Of a DNA stretch of 64,000 bases, positions 39,628 to 53,617 are shown in pieces. Below the pieces are notes generated by a model. The model saw nothing but the letters and a program-made list of their open reading frames with translations, had not been told where the DNA came from and did no database searches. Within the stretch, counting starts at the first letter, position 1, and each line of letters begins with the position of its first letter. Position numbers and translations under genes: made by a program. Origin of the DNA: Octopus sinensis (Eukaryota); contig NC_042997.1 in assembly GCF_006345805.1 (NCBI RefSeq), forward strand, positions 158,224,001 to 158,288,000. The letters run 5' to 3'.

Positions 39628-40094
39628 GTGTATTTAAAGAATTAATCAACATAATTGATATATTCTGAAGGATACAACAAAAATGGAAATTACCTTGTCA
39701 AAACAAAAGAGTTTTTAAATTCTTTGGTCAAGATAAGTATAAAATCAAATGTTACTGGGGAAGGTCGACATCGGAGATAAAGACTGGTAGTTCGAATAGA
39801 TAGTTACTGTGAGTATACCAAAACACCTTTAGTCGAGAAAGAGAAAACTTACTTTCTTGAAATTTTGTTCAAACCGGCTTAAGCATTCTACCTTAAGATT
39901 CTGTTAGTTTAAAATCACCAGTGTATAGTGGATTTTTCGCACGATGTTATGTAAGAACTCGTCATAAAATCCTGTCGAAACAGCGGTGGTGAATTTTAAA
40001 CCGCATCCTTCTTACACACACATACACATATATACATATACATGCAGAGATGCTTACATACATATATACAGATAATATATATATATATACACAG

Positions 40095-40171
<77 letters not shown>

Positions 40172-40274
40172 GTATATATATGTATGTATTTATATATAAT
40201 GGATTATAAAACGAATTGGTTACGCCTGGTAGCTTACTGGTAAAGCACGGTCACTTTCACAGTAATCGTTATGT

Positions 40275-40335
40275 TGAGTGACCCATGAGGAATCGATGCT
40301 AAATGTGTCGAAACAATTGTTGTGATTAATAATAA
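40275..40335 (+). other. degenerate hammerhead-like remnant
   Basis: paralog of 18975-19035; retains GAAA-CAATTG. Confidence 0.45.
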
Positions 40336-41479
40336 ATTCTCGTATGTTTATCTTCCGTCTTTCACTTGCCATAGAGATACATACATACATACATACATAC
40401 ATACATACATACATACATACATACATACATACATACATACAAACAAACAAACAAACAAACACGCGCGCGCACAAACTCACACATACACACACATATATAT
40501 ATAAATGCGTTGTATGAAATATGGACTCGAAAAATCATGTGGATAGGCTCTTATGAAATTCTAGGCTTTTCTTATGAAATCGGTTATCACTCCACGTAGT
40601 AATCCACGTTTGTTTCTATGATAACTTGTTTATAAAGAATAGAGCTATTTTCTGTTACATTTATTCTATTGAGTTGTTTTATGATACGTAGTGTAGAATT
40701 TTGAAGTTGTACCATCTTTTAATTTCCTGATGATCCTACGAGATTATCATTGTATGTTTTTACATGCATTGCCAATGTAGCAGTTAGAATCGTGATGTTT
40801 GTAACTTAAACTTTCGCAGTTAAATTTAAAATTATATTATTCATTGTATGTTTGTTCTTGTTATGCATTTGATTTATATATACAATAATCTATTTGTGTA
40901 ATTTGCGCATGTTTAGGAGTATCGTTTGATAAATTTGCCGCATTGTTGCAATTCATCAATAGTAATTCATCCGTAGCTTGATTTGCTAGTCAGCTTGAGT
41001 ATATTTGTATGTGCATGTGTGGGATATACATACATAGAAACATACATACATGGATACGCATATACACACAAACACATGTAGATAGATATAAAACTAAAGA
41101 GGAAGAATCTATAACCCTTAATATGCAGATGTAATCAAAACTGGAGAGAAATTCAATAATGCCTGCGAAAACAAAAACAAGAACTATAGAGTACTAACAA
41201 GGAATAATCATGGAACAAATCACCAAAACAAACCCTCAAACCGTAGAAAACGGTATTAATTTACTAAAAGGATCTAGCATACCAAACAAGAAGATATAAC
41301 GATAATATCAGATATATGAATAACTAGAAACCCTCCTTCCAAAAATAATAGGATGATAGGCTACAAATAACTCACAATACAAAATAAACACATTTTAGAG
41401 AGCAAGAATTGCAATCAAAATCGAAAGTAAAGACAAATGATACAAAGATTCATAGAAATACTGACCCAACTGAATCAAA

Positions 41480-41880
41480 AGTAATAAATCTGTCGCAATG
41501 TACGCACATGAAAAGTGAAATAAAAATTTTGGAATTTCGAGTTAGATTACAAGTACAAAACCTGATATAACTGACCGGATAGTATTCTCAGGAATTCTTC
41601 AGAAAATTTCGTCAGCGAGATTACTTTACATCAAAAATAAAATAAAAAGGCTTATGAAAAGCCATGACTTGTGAAAAACAAAGTCGAATTTAAACCTGAA
41701 ATGAACAGTAATAATCGCCTATAGAAATATATAACGTGTCTCAAGGATCAGCAAACTCAGTCCTACAAATCGTAGAAAATTATACATTAGAAATGAAGAG
41801 ATAAACAAATATGAATGTCTGAAAAGAAAAATAAAGAATTATTCCAGGGGAAATAAAAGCATCAGCTGACAAACTATCCT
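41480..41880 (+). mobile_element. decayed Penelope-like RT N-terminal region
   Basis: KVINLSQ..SEIKILE; QEFFRKFRQRDYF; KNKVEFKPEMNSNNRL*KYI; IKASADK. Confidence 0.55.
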
Positions 41881-42210
41881 TTTGAAAAAAAAAATTATAG
41901 AAATCTGATGTCGAATCTAAACCGGAAATAGTCAAACCAACTAAAATCAGCTACTTTTATACAGATTATCTCATAAGAGGTAGGTTTGAGAACAAAAACA
42001 GAAAAAGTGTTTAACCTGTCATGAAAATTTTTGTGACAGTGTTCCTTTAAAAAAATATTTTCCTTTTATTCATAACTTTTAATTTGAGAAATCATTTCTT
42101 CAAATATATTGACTGTGCGATGACTTATTTCTAAAAAAGGATTTTAATGTGCGTGTGCGCATATGTGTATTTAGTTCTATAAATAAATATAAATTTATGT
42201 GTGTGTATAT

Positions 42211-42266
<56 letters not shown>

Positions 42267-42278
42267 ATACATATATCA

Positions 42279-42480
42279 GATGTGAGTGTTTATGAGTGAA
42301 ACAGCTAAGCTGCACTTCAGCTGACTCTTCCGCCACAACTTTCTCTCACTCTTTCCTCCTGCATCTACTAGCCCAGTTGCGAAGGACCGGCGTCCCGTCC
42401 AGGTGGAGAACCTATACGCCAATGAAACCGGGAAACCGGTCCTTATGAGCCAGGCCTGGCTCGAGTAGCAACAAACAACC
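42279..42480 (+). mobile_element. 5'-truncated SINE (family of 18064-18368)
   Basis: gctgactcttccgccacaactttctctcactctttcctcc..gtggagaacctatacgcc shared with the 18064 copy. Confidence 0.88.
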
Positions 42481-42605
42481 AGAAAATGCCACGTGGTTAT
42501 GAACGGAATCTCTTGACAGTACAATCGGTTTAAATGCGTGTTTAGACATTCACACACACACACTCGCACAATTGGTCTAAATTAGTGTTTATCGAAGGTG
42601 AAAAA

Positions 42606-42972
42606 TGTGGTAAGAAGGTTGCTTCTCGACCATATGGTTCCAGGTTCAGTCCCACTGTGTAGCATCTTGGGCAAGTGTCTTCTAGTATATCCTCAAGCCG
42701 ACAAAAACCCTGTGAGTTGATATGGAAGACGGAAACTGGAAGAAGCCCATCGTATGTATATATGTGAATATATGTTTGTGCCTGTGGTTGTCCCTCCGCT
42801 ATCACCGCTTGACAACCGGAGGTGGTGTGTTTACATCCCAGTAACTTTACTGTTTGGCAGAAGAATAAGATAAAATAAGTACTAGCCTAAAAATATTTGC
42901 TCTCCTGTCGATTTGTTCGAGAAAGACAGTGCCCCAGCATGGTCGCAGTCAAATGACTGAAACAAGAGAAAC
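42606..42972 (+). mobile_element. near full-length tRNA-derived CORE-type SINE
   Basis: tgtggtaagaag (A-box-like), ggttcagtccc (B-box-like), CORE-like cttgggcaagtgtctt, tail gcagtcaaatgactgaaacaag; multiple paralogs in the window. Confidence 0.88.
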
Positions 42973-43094
42973 ATATTTCCATAAATATGCTGCTTCAGTA
43001 TTTTCCAGTTGATATATATATTTATATTTATGTATATATATGCGTACTTTGATATGTATACGTGTATCTATGCGCGCGCGCGCGTGTGTGTGTG

Positions 43095-43240
43095 TGAAGG
43101 TGCATGGGTTTTGGCTAGCGTATTTCTGCTCACCATCTTAACGTCATAAGTCCTATTTTCGGTGTCACGTTATGTTCTTGAGCAAGACAATTTATTTGAC
43201 GTTGCTACTGTCCTCTCATCTGGCAAATGTGAATTACCCA
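43095..43240 (+). mobile_element. degenerate CORE-type SINE (second subfamily)
   Basis: gttatgttcttgagcaagacaatttatttgacgttgct; paralogs on the minus strand at 44657 and 58390. Confidence 0.6.
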
Positions 43241-43322
43241 TTTACTTCAATGCGTGAGCCTTGTAAGATTGTGGTATGACTGAATCTCGTGAGAACTACG
43301 TTTAGTGTTCTCTTGTTTGTAG

Positions 43323-43375
43323 AGAGCACAGCCACTGGCACGTCAGCTTCCCAAGCAGCCTCTTCCGTTGATCGG
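43323..43375 (+). CDS. candidate 53-nt exon (phase 1-0, xSTATGTSASQAASSVDR)
   Basis: tagtgttctcttgtttgtAG acceptor and CGG|GTAAGC donor; GC-richer than the flanks; open in two frames. Confidence 0.4.
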
Positions 43376-44467
43376 GTAAGCGCAGAACACTCATTGTTGT
43401 AACCAACGGGGTGCCTTGTATAAACGCATCTTTCTCGCGCTATTTCCGCTTTACCGGTCATTCGCTATATCTGTGGTTGTTTGGATTGTCTTTGCACTTG
43501 TGCCATCGGATATCCAATGAACAATGATTAATCTTCTCTCTTCGCACTTTTGCCCCACATGTGCTCAACTTGCCTCCTCTCTTCATCTGACACCAAACCT
43601 ACAGCCTCTCTTCATTTTCTACCAGCCCCACACCACACCACACACACTAACACTGACTACTTCCCAGCACCTACATCACATACCATCATCCTCACACCCA
43701 CACGCAATCTTCCATAGTGTCACCACACATACCACTATATGAGTAGGCACACAAACTGTTCAACTCAGAACAGACACCACACACCATCAGGCACACTCCC
43801 ACACCCACATAAGCACATAATACTTGAACACAGACAATAAATACTCCCACACCCACACAAACACATAACACCTGAACACAGGCTATATATACAGACACAC
43901 GCAACATGCATTAACACACGCAACATACATAGACGAAGATAACTTTTGCTCACATATATACACCATGCACATGCACACTGTTTGGTCACTTACACACACA
44001 AACACACATGTGCACATTCACGTGAAAAAGCACACATCAACTACTACACACATCAACTACTACACACAACATACACACACACGTCAGAGTCACTCACCCC
44101 TATTCACACACACACACTTACACACTCACACACATCACTCTCACATACACTCACGCACGCGCACATTCTCTTGTTCGGATAACCAGCCCTTTATTATCTA
44201 TCTTTCATTCAACCTCTTTTTTTTCTATCAGTATCTCCCTTTCTCTCAGCCTCTTTTTTTCCAAATCATCCGCCATGCAGAACCGCTGAAATCTCCAAGT
44301 TTCATTCTCTCTCTGTTTATTCTCTCTTATTCCTTTCTGTTGAAAAGTGGAGGCACGAAACGTAAAAGACTTCTTCATTTTCCCCGAGTTTCAAACTAAT
44401 ACACTTGCTTGTACTTCATACACCCATCATTATCGTTTGCTCTTCTATAAATTTCAACTATATATTT

Positions 44468-44530
44468 CGACCAAAGCCTTGTGAGTGGATTTGGTAGACG
44501 GAAACTGGAAGAAACCCCGTCGTATATTTA
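44468..44530 (+). mobile_element. SINE middle fragment (family of 42606)
   Basis: cgaccaaagccttgtgagtggatttggtagacggaaactggaagaaacccc. Confidence 0.8.
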
Positions 44531-44656
44531 TATATATATATATATATATATGTGTGTATGTGTGTGTGTGTGTGTGTGCGTGTGTGTGTGTGTGTGCGTG
44601 CGTGTGTGTGTGTGCTGTATTGTATATATATGTGTATATTAAAGTTTATGATCATA

Positions 44657-44830
44657 GGTCATATTCCACCCACTTGAACAGAATGTCTCTTCGTCACCGG
44701 AATATCCCCTTTGTCAGCCGAGTGAACTGGCGTAACCTCAAATGTAGTGTTTTGCAATAGAACATAGCACGTCGCTCGGCCCAGGAATCGAGACCACAAT
44801 CTTAGAACCCCCTAACCACCGAGTCATGCA
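44657..44830 (-). mobile_element. CORE-type SINE fragment
   Basis: tttgtcagccgagtgaactggcgtaacctcaaatgtagtgttttgcaatagaac..ccaggaatcgagaccacaatc (reverse-complement B box). Confidence 0.65.
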
Positions 44831-46119
44831 CATACACATTCACACACACATATATATGTATATAGATAAATATATGCATAAATATGTGTGTGATTTTCTA
44901 CATGATTATACATAAAAAAAGTACACGCTAGTATGCAAATATATTAACACATATGTGCATGTATGCCGGTTTATTTAAGAGTGCGGGCGTGTGCGTCCGC
45001 GTGTATGTGTCTGTGTGCATGTGTTTGTGTTTGCGTGTGTGCGTGCGTGCATTAATGCTATTATTCTGTCAGAATGAACTGAATTATTATTTTCTTAAAA
45101 TGATATCCAACGTCATGCAGTAAGCGTCAGTATGCTTCGCTGAAATTATTTGGAAAGGTTGCTTGAAACATTTTCAAGTAGTTTATTATACATATTAGGT
45201 GATACAGCAGCTAAAAGGCTATAATTCACATAGTGCTTCTCGAAGAAGATATTCTCCTCCACCTGACATTGACTGACAAAACGACTAATAAGTTATACTG
45301 TCAGCGAATGTCGTGTAGAAGAGAATTTCTACTCCAGGATCAAAGTGAAGGAAACTGCATGGAATTTACATCATGTACATTTAGGTATGATGGCAAGTTT
45401 TCCGAGGTTGTCAGATAGTTTGTTGTCAATGTATATATATATATTTTCCGCCAGATATTTTGATGGCTAAATTGGTTTTAATAATAATTTAACCCTTGTC
45501 GTTTCATTCAGCTATGCAGTCATCACATGTGATCTGTTTACTTGGTTTGTTGTGGTATCAGGTGATTTTTAACTTGAACATTGTTGTAAATATGAAAGTA
45601 ACTTCTAAATATACGTCTACTTCTTTTCAGCTGAGTGTAGAATGAAAATATTTAGATAAACATATGGCTGCGTTCGTTTATAGAAATGCATGGATACGTT
45701 CAAACGTGTGCGTCTGTTCAAACACTTCCAGGGCTATGTAACAATATACATTTAGACTCTAATAAAGTTCATGTAACAATGAACGATACAATGTTTTTTG
45801 TTTTACTAGAAAACAGCATATTCAGTCATCCTATTTCGCTGTTCATAGATCGAGCAGTAGCCGATTTTTTTATTTCCAACAAGGGGACAACATTAGCTCT
45901 GTATTTAAGTGGCATAAAAAGTATAATATATTGTAAATGGGTATTTCGTGAATACTTTGAAATGTAAGCTTTGTACTCTTATCACATTACAACACCTGAT
46001 TTCCCCATTTTTCGTAGCATATCAACATTTCAAAACTACAAAACCGCTTATACATATTCATTTCTTTCCACATTATTTCCAAAAATATTCGGCTCAATCG
46101 TATCCTCTCTGATCCAGAT

Positions 46120-47085
46120 TACATTTCCACTATGCCACGAAATTGAACAAGAGAAGATTATTGCAATGAAACTGGAGGGAATGAGTGACCGGAAGATTAG
46201 CGAGAAGTAGAATGCCAGTGGACAATTTTCTGAAAGAACCTAACGGCTACAACAGAGTTCATGCTGACGGACGTTCCAAGGCTACATCAGAAAGGGATGA
46301 AAGCGCCATTGTCAGAGTTGTGAAGAAGTCACGCTGGTCTTCTGTTTCCAAAATTGACGCATCAGCAGAAGTAGGAGTCTCGACAGCCACTGTAAGAAGA
46401 GTGATTTTGATTCATGCCCCCACCCCACCCCCAAGAAGCGGCTAGGACATCCGTTATTGTCGGCTTTCCATAAAACTTAGATTGGAGTTCACTCGGCAGC
46501 ATCAGTCATGGGATGGTGAATGGACTAGGGCTCTATTCTCTGATGAGAAAAAAACGGAATTTGGAAGGCTACGGCGATAGTAAGTATTAATGGGCAGAGA
46601 AATGTATACAAAATGCTACATATTCCAAGTGGCGTAACAGCGGAGGCGGTCTTATGGTCTGAGGAGCAATATCTGCCAATGGGAAGCAGTCACTTGTCAT
46701 CATGTGTGGACGTTTCAGTGCTGCACGATTCATCGATATACTGGACGGGACTCATATTGACGAAGAAGGAAGAAGGCACCGTAGCGTGAAATTCATATTT
46801 CATCAGGACAATGCTCCTATTCATCAGGACAATGCTCCTATTCATAAAACAAAGATAACTTTAATTTTCTTTCATGCAATTGGTGTTGAAGTCATGCTAT
46901 CCCCAGCAGAAAGTGTCGACTTTAATCCTTCAGAGAATGCCAGGCTATATCTCATGAATATTGAGTTGATTAACTTTCAAGAGCGATATAGTGGGCCTGC
47001 AAAGAGCTTCCACTTCATCGGGAGTATGAGAGCATCTGTCTTTGAAGTAGTTCAGAATGGTGGTACTCAAACACGCTATTGTTGA
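46120..47085 (+). mobile_element. decayed Tc1-like transposase fossil
   Basis: EQEKIIAMKLEGMSDRKIS; GRSKATSERDESAIVR; WTRALFSDEKK; GGGLMV*GAIS; FHQDNAPIH; SPAESVDFNPSE across stops and frameshifts; TIRs not resolved. Confidence 0.85.
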
Positions 47086-47551
47086 TGAATTGCATGAAAA
47101 TATCACTGAAATATATCATAATTTCCTTCTTTTATTATATTTCCTCTCTAGGGGTGAGTTTTATGAATGTGGACAGTATAGTCGCCAGATTAAAACAGAC
47201 AGTGCTCTGGCTATATAGTTTTGAAGAGCAGTATATATTTATATATATATATATAATATATATATATATATATTATATATATATATATTACTATTAGATT
47301 GAACGCCACGCATCTATTTCCAAATAACTTTATCTTTATCTTTTTGATGCAACTCTATTCTGTACAGTTTTCTCTCTCATCATTTCTCTAATTTCCTTTT
47401 TCGTCCCTTCACAGTTTTCTACCTATCTGTCTGTCTCTCTCTCTTTCTCCGTTTCTCTCTCTCGTTGCTCACACGTGACCATCGTCCATCCTTCTCTTCC
47501 TCACGTAAACATCTTTCTTTTCTTTCAAGACTGTTTAAGGACAGCACTATC

Positions 47552-47691
<140 letters not shown>

Positions 47692-48059
47692 AAGAAAATA
47701 TTTCTCCAGCGTTCGTTATTTAACCCCACCTCCAACCTTCTGGTCTAATGTCCGTCCATGTTTATTTTCTTTCGGTTTCTTGTGTGTCTCTCCACTTTTC
47801 TGTTTTCGTTCCCAAATTTGACACTCCATAAATCCCAAATTTCATTTTGGTACTTAAGGGAGCAACTGTCTTCAAAGACTCATATTGTCATTCAATGTTC
47901 AAAATGGGGAGTAAATAGACAGCCGACACCTAATGAAGGGCCGTTCATTATGTTACTTGTCCTGTTTTCCATTTGTCTTTCTCGTTGTTGTCCTATTGAA
48001 CTCATTTGCTTTCGTATTTCATGTTGTTTACTGTTGGTGACGTCCTGTACCCGTATATG

Positions 48060-48083
48060 CATATATATTTATATATATGTGCG

Positions 48084-48161
<78 letters not shown>

Positions 48162-48238
48162 ATACATAATATAAATAATATATATATGCTTATATATATT
48201 ATTTATATTATAAATATATATATATTCATATATATGTT

Positions 48239-48275
<37 letters not shown>
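48060..48275. repeat. (AT)n microsatellite field
   Basis: direct. Confidence 0.95.
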
Positions 48276-48277
<2 letters not shown>

Positions 48278-49004
48278 AAAATACCAATGTAGTCAGAATG
48301 TTGGATAGATATATATTTTTATTTACATTGTAACTGCTTTCTTCCGTTATTAGATTTAGCAAAAAAGTGGTTTACAGTAAGTTTGCTTAGTCTTTTGTAT
48401 AAAATTGAAACTGACGATGTTTTAGAATGTAGAGGAGGAATTAGAAAGGAAGGTGCAGGGGTGAGAGGAGAGGAGACAGTCGGAGATAGAGAAGACGGAG
48501 AAGAGAAAAGTAAAGCTTGAGAGGGAGGGGAGTAAAGGATGCGTGGCTTTTGAACCAGTGTGGTCAGACATTTTAGATCAGGTATTAATATCTTGGTTTT
48601 TTTTCCACTTTGTGTCCTGATGGGTGGATGGAAAAGGGATGTTTTTACTCTAGCGGTCAAAGTTTTTAATTGGAAAACCAGATGTTGTGTTTGAATTTCT
48701 CGAATAAGAATTATAATTACATTTCAAGGTTTTGTTTTTAAATTCTTTTCTATTCATTAATGTAAGGGGGAATAGTTGTATGGATGTGGTCAAATATTTT
48801 TTTAATTAAAATTTCAGATGTTGCTTTTGATTTAGCCGTATAGTATGTTGGTATGGTGTTATCGTACCCTCCATTTATTCCATTTGTTTTTATGGTGTTA
48901 TTGTACACTCCAGTTATTCTATTTGTTTTGATGTAGGTGTTTCAACTGTTTAATTTTGGTTAGAAATTTATGAAATTGTTTTTCCATTGTCTTTCGGAAG
49001 TTTG

Positions 49005-49340
49005 GGTCGTTCCTTGAACATTTATAGAAGAGAAGACCTTAAATGTTTCTTCTCCACATATTTGCAAATGTTGGCTCAGTGGAATCTTACGTAGTTCGTC
49101 TTGTCGGATTTGCTGTCTGTGGACTCTCGCGCGTTGCCATAGGAAATTATTGGTTTCACCAATATAATTCTCATTTCATTTGTGGCAAGTAATGCATTAT
49201 ATGAGATTTTGTGTCTTGTTCATTGTTGCATTTACGTTGAAAGTGAATCCACTCTTAAATTTCATGTGGGTGTCCCCGTCTATATATTTCAAGTGATTGT
49301 TGCTGCATAGTCCACATCTGTTATCCCCACATTCCTTTAT
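49005..49340 (-). pseudogene. Penelope-type GIY-YIG endonuclease remnant (second family)
   Basis: RCGLC..FKSGFTFNVNATMNKTQNLI*CITCHK*NENYIGETNNFLWQRARVHRQQIRQDELRKIPLSQHLQICG. Confidence 0.82.
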
Positions 49341-49457
49341 GGAGAATTATGTCTCATTTTCTTATTTCTTCGCTTTTGAGGTTTCATTATTTATTAGTTC
49401 CGCGGCGAATTTTGTTCTTGTAGGAAGTTTTTGAGTTCATCAAGACTAATTTAGTGC

Positions 49458-49519
<62 letters not shown>

Positions 49520-49544
49520 GTGTGTGTGTTTCTTTGTGTTCCTA

Positions 49545-49909
<365 letters not shown>

Positions 49910-50575
49910 TGTATGTCTGATTCATTCACTCTTTTCCTTCCCCAGTCTATATTCCCAACGCACATATATACACAGCCTATCTGCGTGTGTTTTTCTACTG
50001 ATAAAACTAAAATGAAAATGCAAACATTAATCTTTAAGAGACAGATATTCAACTTCTTTGTGCATGTTTAACATGCTACCGATATCAACGAGGCAGCGTG
50101 TCAGTGACCAGGTTGTGAATATAATCCATCAAGTTATTTCCTATAGTATAAAATAAACCAATGAAAAAAATGCCAACATGTGTCGGTTGCATGTTTCAAT
50201 ATTGCTTGTGTTTAATTAGCAATTAATATGATGAAATCAAAGAGGCAATGATATTTTATATTGTTTGCATTGATTTTATTGAATATATTTTATTTTTAGA
50301 TATGAACACTAAACTACATGATATCGGCAACATTGTATCAGCTCTACACTATATCAACAGCGAGCCTCTACGCGGTAGCTTGGATAATTAGAGTTAGCCA
50401 CAAACGTGCAACGTGTGGTTTCTGAGCAATCTGTAACTATATTCAACCCTTTATGAATAGGATAATATAGATTCTTGTAGAATTTGCCCTAATAACGTCA
50501 TCAACCATAAAAAGGGCGTGATCTTATTAGCAATGCCATCGATAATATTCCTACTGAGTTAAGACTGATATTCAG

Positions 50576-50656
50576 CTAAACAACAACAATGGCAACGAAT
50601 TCAACGATGTCAGAACGTTGACCCAGAAATACGTTGCAACTCTGATTTTCCTTATG
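50576..50656 (+). CDS. candidate 81-nt exon
   Basis: ctgatattcAG / ATG|GTAAGA; open in phase 0 (LNNNNGNEFNDVRTLTQKYVATLIFLM) and in phase 1; splice signals only. Confidence 0.25.
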
Positions 50657-50807
50657 GTAAGAAGAGAAATATATTAAGTAAGTATCAAGGGTACTTATTT
50701 ACTAAACTTTTCCTAATCAAGTGCTGAGTATAATCTACGTACAATTAACATAAGCCATTCAAAGAAATCATTCTTAAATATATACACACAATACAAAATG
50801 TGATGTA

Positions 50808-52427
50808 CAGTTGCGGCCAAAATGTTCAGAACGGCATTGTTTTCGTCAGAAAAGTAGATATTATTTTTTATCAAAGTTGTTTTATATTCTATAATTTTCA
50901 CAAACAATGAATACAATATTATTTGTTATTGCCTGAGATTTTGGTGTAATTTGAGAGGATAATACAAAAGTTATGAATGATTTAGTGGTTTACTGCAAAA
51001 CCCATGGTGGCCAAAATGCTTTTACTCCGTGTTTTAGTATATTTAACCGGCGAACTCTAATGTTTTGAATTTGTTTACATGACGGTTCGTTTACTAAACA
51101 TTAGTAAGAATATTTGCAGTGTACTTTGTTAATATAATGCCACTTACTCCGTTACCAATTCGTCAGCAGATTATTAAGCTTCGAAGGAAGGATAATTTAA
51201 GTATTGGTTCTATTGCAAAGATTGTTAACAAGTCAAAAAGTGTTGTACACGGTATTCTTAAGGTTTACGATGATTGTGGTTCGTGTGAAGCAAGAAAGTT
51301 TACAGGTAGGCCAAGAAAAACGACCAAGAGAGAAGATCGTGCTATGGTAAAGTTGGTTAAAAAGGACAGATTTAAAACTGCTGCTGCTGTTTCTCGGAAA
51401 ATGAGCATTGTATTGAAGAAAACTTTATCTCGAAAAACTGTGTCTCGTCGTTTAGTTGAACATGACCGACAAGCAAGAGCACCTGCAGTGAAGCCACTGA
51501 TCAGCTCCAAGAATAAAATGTGTCGTCTTACCTTTGCAACCAAACATGTGTTGTGGTCTCAAGAAAAATGGCAAACGGTGCATTTCAGTGATGAATCTAA
51601 GTTTATGTTATTTGGCTCAGATGGTAAAAGGTACGTTCGTAGAAAAGTAGGTGAAAAATTGTCGCCTAAATGCCTTAAGACTAGTGTTAAATTCGATGGA
51701 GGAAGTGTTATGGTTCGAGGGATAATATCTGGAGATGGTGTGGGCCCTTTGGTGCGATTACATGGAAAGGTAGTAAATGCAGGAGTTTATAAACAACTTG
51801 TAAAAGATCATGTCTTGCCTGTGCTGAGAAATTCAACTAAGCGACCACCCATATTCATGCAGGACAATGCCCCATGTCACAAGGCTAAGGCGGTCATGAA
51901 CTTCCTTAAGGCTGAAAAGGTTATTGTTATGGATTGGCCTGATCAAAGACCAGATCGCAATCCTATTGAAAACGTATGGAATATTCTAGGAGAACGTTCG
52001 AAAGCCAGAATTCCTAAAACAACTGAGCAATTATGGAATGCCCATCAGGAAGATTGGAATAAGATCACCCAGCAAGAAATTGAAAATTTCATTTCCTCAT
52101 ACAGTCAAAGATGTCAGAGTGTGATTGAAGCTAAAGGGCTTCACACTAAATATTAAATAATTCCAGTATTCTCTCTCATTTTTGATTATTTTGTTATTTT
52201 TTCAACCGTTCTGATCATTTTGGCCGCCATTGGTTTTGCAGTAAATCACTAAATCATCCATAACTTTTGTATTATCCTCTTAAATTACACCAAAATCTCA
52301 GACAATGACAATTCGTATTGTATTTATTCTATGTGAAAATTATAGAATATAAAACTACTTTGATAAAAAAATTATATCTACTTTTCTGACGAAAACAATG
52401 CCGTTCAGAACATTTTGGCCGCAACTC
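50808..52427 (+). mobile_element. full-length 1620-bp Tc1-family DNA transposon with IR/DR-type TIRs and TA target duplication
   Basis: TA|CAGTTGCGGCCAAAATGTTC...GAACATTTTGGCCGCAACTC|TA; ~210-bp TIRs (50808-51018 / 52213-52427). Confidence 0.96.
51137..52156 (+). CDS. Tc1-like transposase, DD34E, 339 aa from the first ATG, uninterrupted
   Basis: paired-like HTH, GRPRKTT, FSDESKF, QDNAPCH, 34 residues to NPIENVW, C-terminal GLHTKY. Confidence 0.93.
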   Translation: MPLTPLPIRQQIIKLRRKDNLSIGSIAKIVNKSKSVVHGILKVYDDCGSCEARKFTGRPRKTTKREDRAMVKLVKKDRFKTAAAVSRKMSIVLKKTLSRKTVSRRLVEHDRQARAPAVKPLISSKNKMCRLTFATKHVLWSQEKWQTVHFSDESKFMLFGSDGKRYVRRKVGEKLSPKCLKTSVKFDGGSVMVRGIISGDGVGPLVRLHGKVVNAGVYKQLVKDHVLPVLRNSTKRPPIFMQDNAPCHKAKAVMNFLKAEKVIVMDWPDQRPDRNPIENVWNILGERSKARIPKTTEQLWNAHQEDWNKITQQEIENFISSYSQRCQSVIEAKGLHTKY

Positions 52428-53617
52428 TACATGGAAAAATTTCTTGAAGAATGGAATTATGTTCCTTTATGATATTATCTGAAAACACATACTGCGCTAC
52501 TTTTACCATTTTAATCGTTAAAATAGTTAAGTTGCAACAATTACTAAGTGTCTCGTCAAATCCATTCTAACCTCACTCAACGAAAGTAACCTTCTACTAA
52601 GTTTACAAAGCGTTAAATATACGAGCTAAATTTGATCTTTCAGCTTCATATAAATTCTAGAGTTGTTACAGATCTCCTACTCATGCATTATTAACTTATA
52701 AACAAATTGCTATTATATTGTGACTGCCTTTAGCATAGTGAGGACTATATAGAATAAATAATATGCGTATAATCAACAATATTTGAAGACTAGTTCAAAT
52801 GCCAAACAAAAAGCTCTGTCTTCATGTGTTACCATTCTGCATTCAAACCCACATATTTTTTGTTTTGTTTCTGCTTCTATATTTATGGAGTCGATGCATT
52901 ACGATCAATAACATACACTTTATTTCACCCTTATAGAATTATATGAAGAGAGAAATACAAAAAACACCTGTTCGGAAATAAATATTTTATATATTGCATC
53001 CTCAGACGAAGAAAGACGCGATGCGCTTGTTTTCGTTTTTCTTTTCTTTTTGCGGAACATCTGAATCTTGTTGGAAAAAATGGGCGAAGAACCTCGACTC
53101 CTTGGTTAATTTTGAAATAGATATCCAGTTTTAAAAGTGCACTTAGTTACAGACACACTAAAGACGCCAAGGAATGATGTAAAATGAACAACCTATTATA
53201 TCTAGTGCCAAACTGATCAACGTATCATTATGTATGATACAAAAATATTTTTTCTACGAAACGTGATATTTAATCGGAATGATTTGGAATTCGAAAAGAA
53301 ACATTCTAATATTCTAATATTCAATTCATAGTGATATATATATATATATATATATATATCACTGTGAGTTGAGAAAGAGTTCTCAACGACTTTTTACCTA
53401 TGGACTCCAATGATTACTATTTTATTCTGGTGGACACCAACAAACCATTCAAGGTTTAAAGATTAGGTTATAAATATATTTCTTTTAAAATTCTCGTTTC
53501 ACCTTTCGCACAAAACCACGTGTAGGTTGAACTATGTAACATGTGAGAGAAAGAATCCTAGCTATTTTTTACAATACATATCAAAACATACATCTAACGC
53601 AAATGTTTTCTTTTCAG

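Noticed and set aside
43234-43461. Minus-strand 75-aa ORF with natural-looking composition
   Set aside because: No motif; better explained as the antisense of the GC-richer plus-strand exon candidate at 43323-43375
44335-44385. gttgaaaagtggaggcacgaaacgtaaaagac, resembling a pLTR hammerhead remnant
   Set aside because: Core and stem II are both broken; family identity rests on recall only
45800-47200. TIRs for the decayed Tc1
   Set aside because: Only a short imperfect match (tatttcgtgaata versus tatcactgaaata); insufficient to define ends
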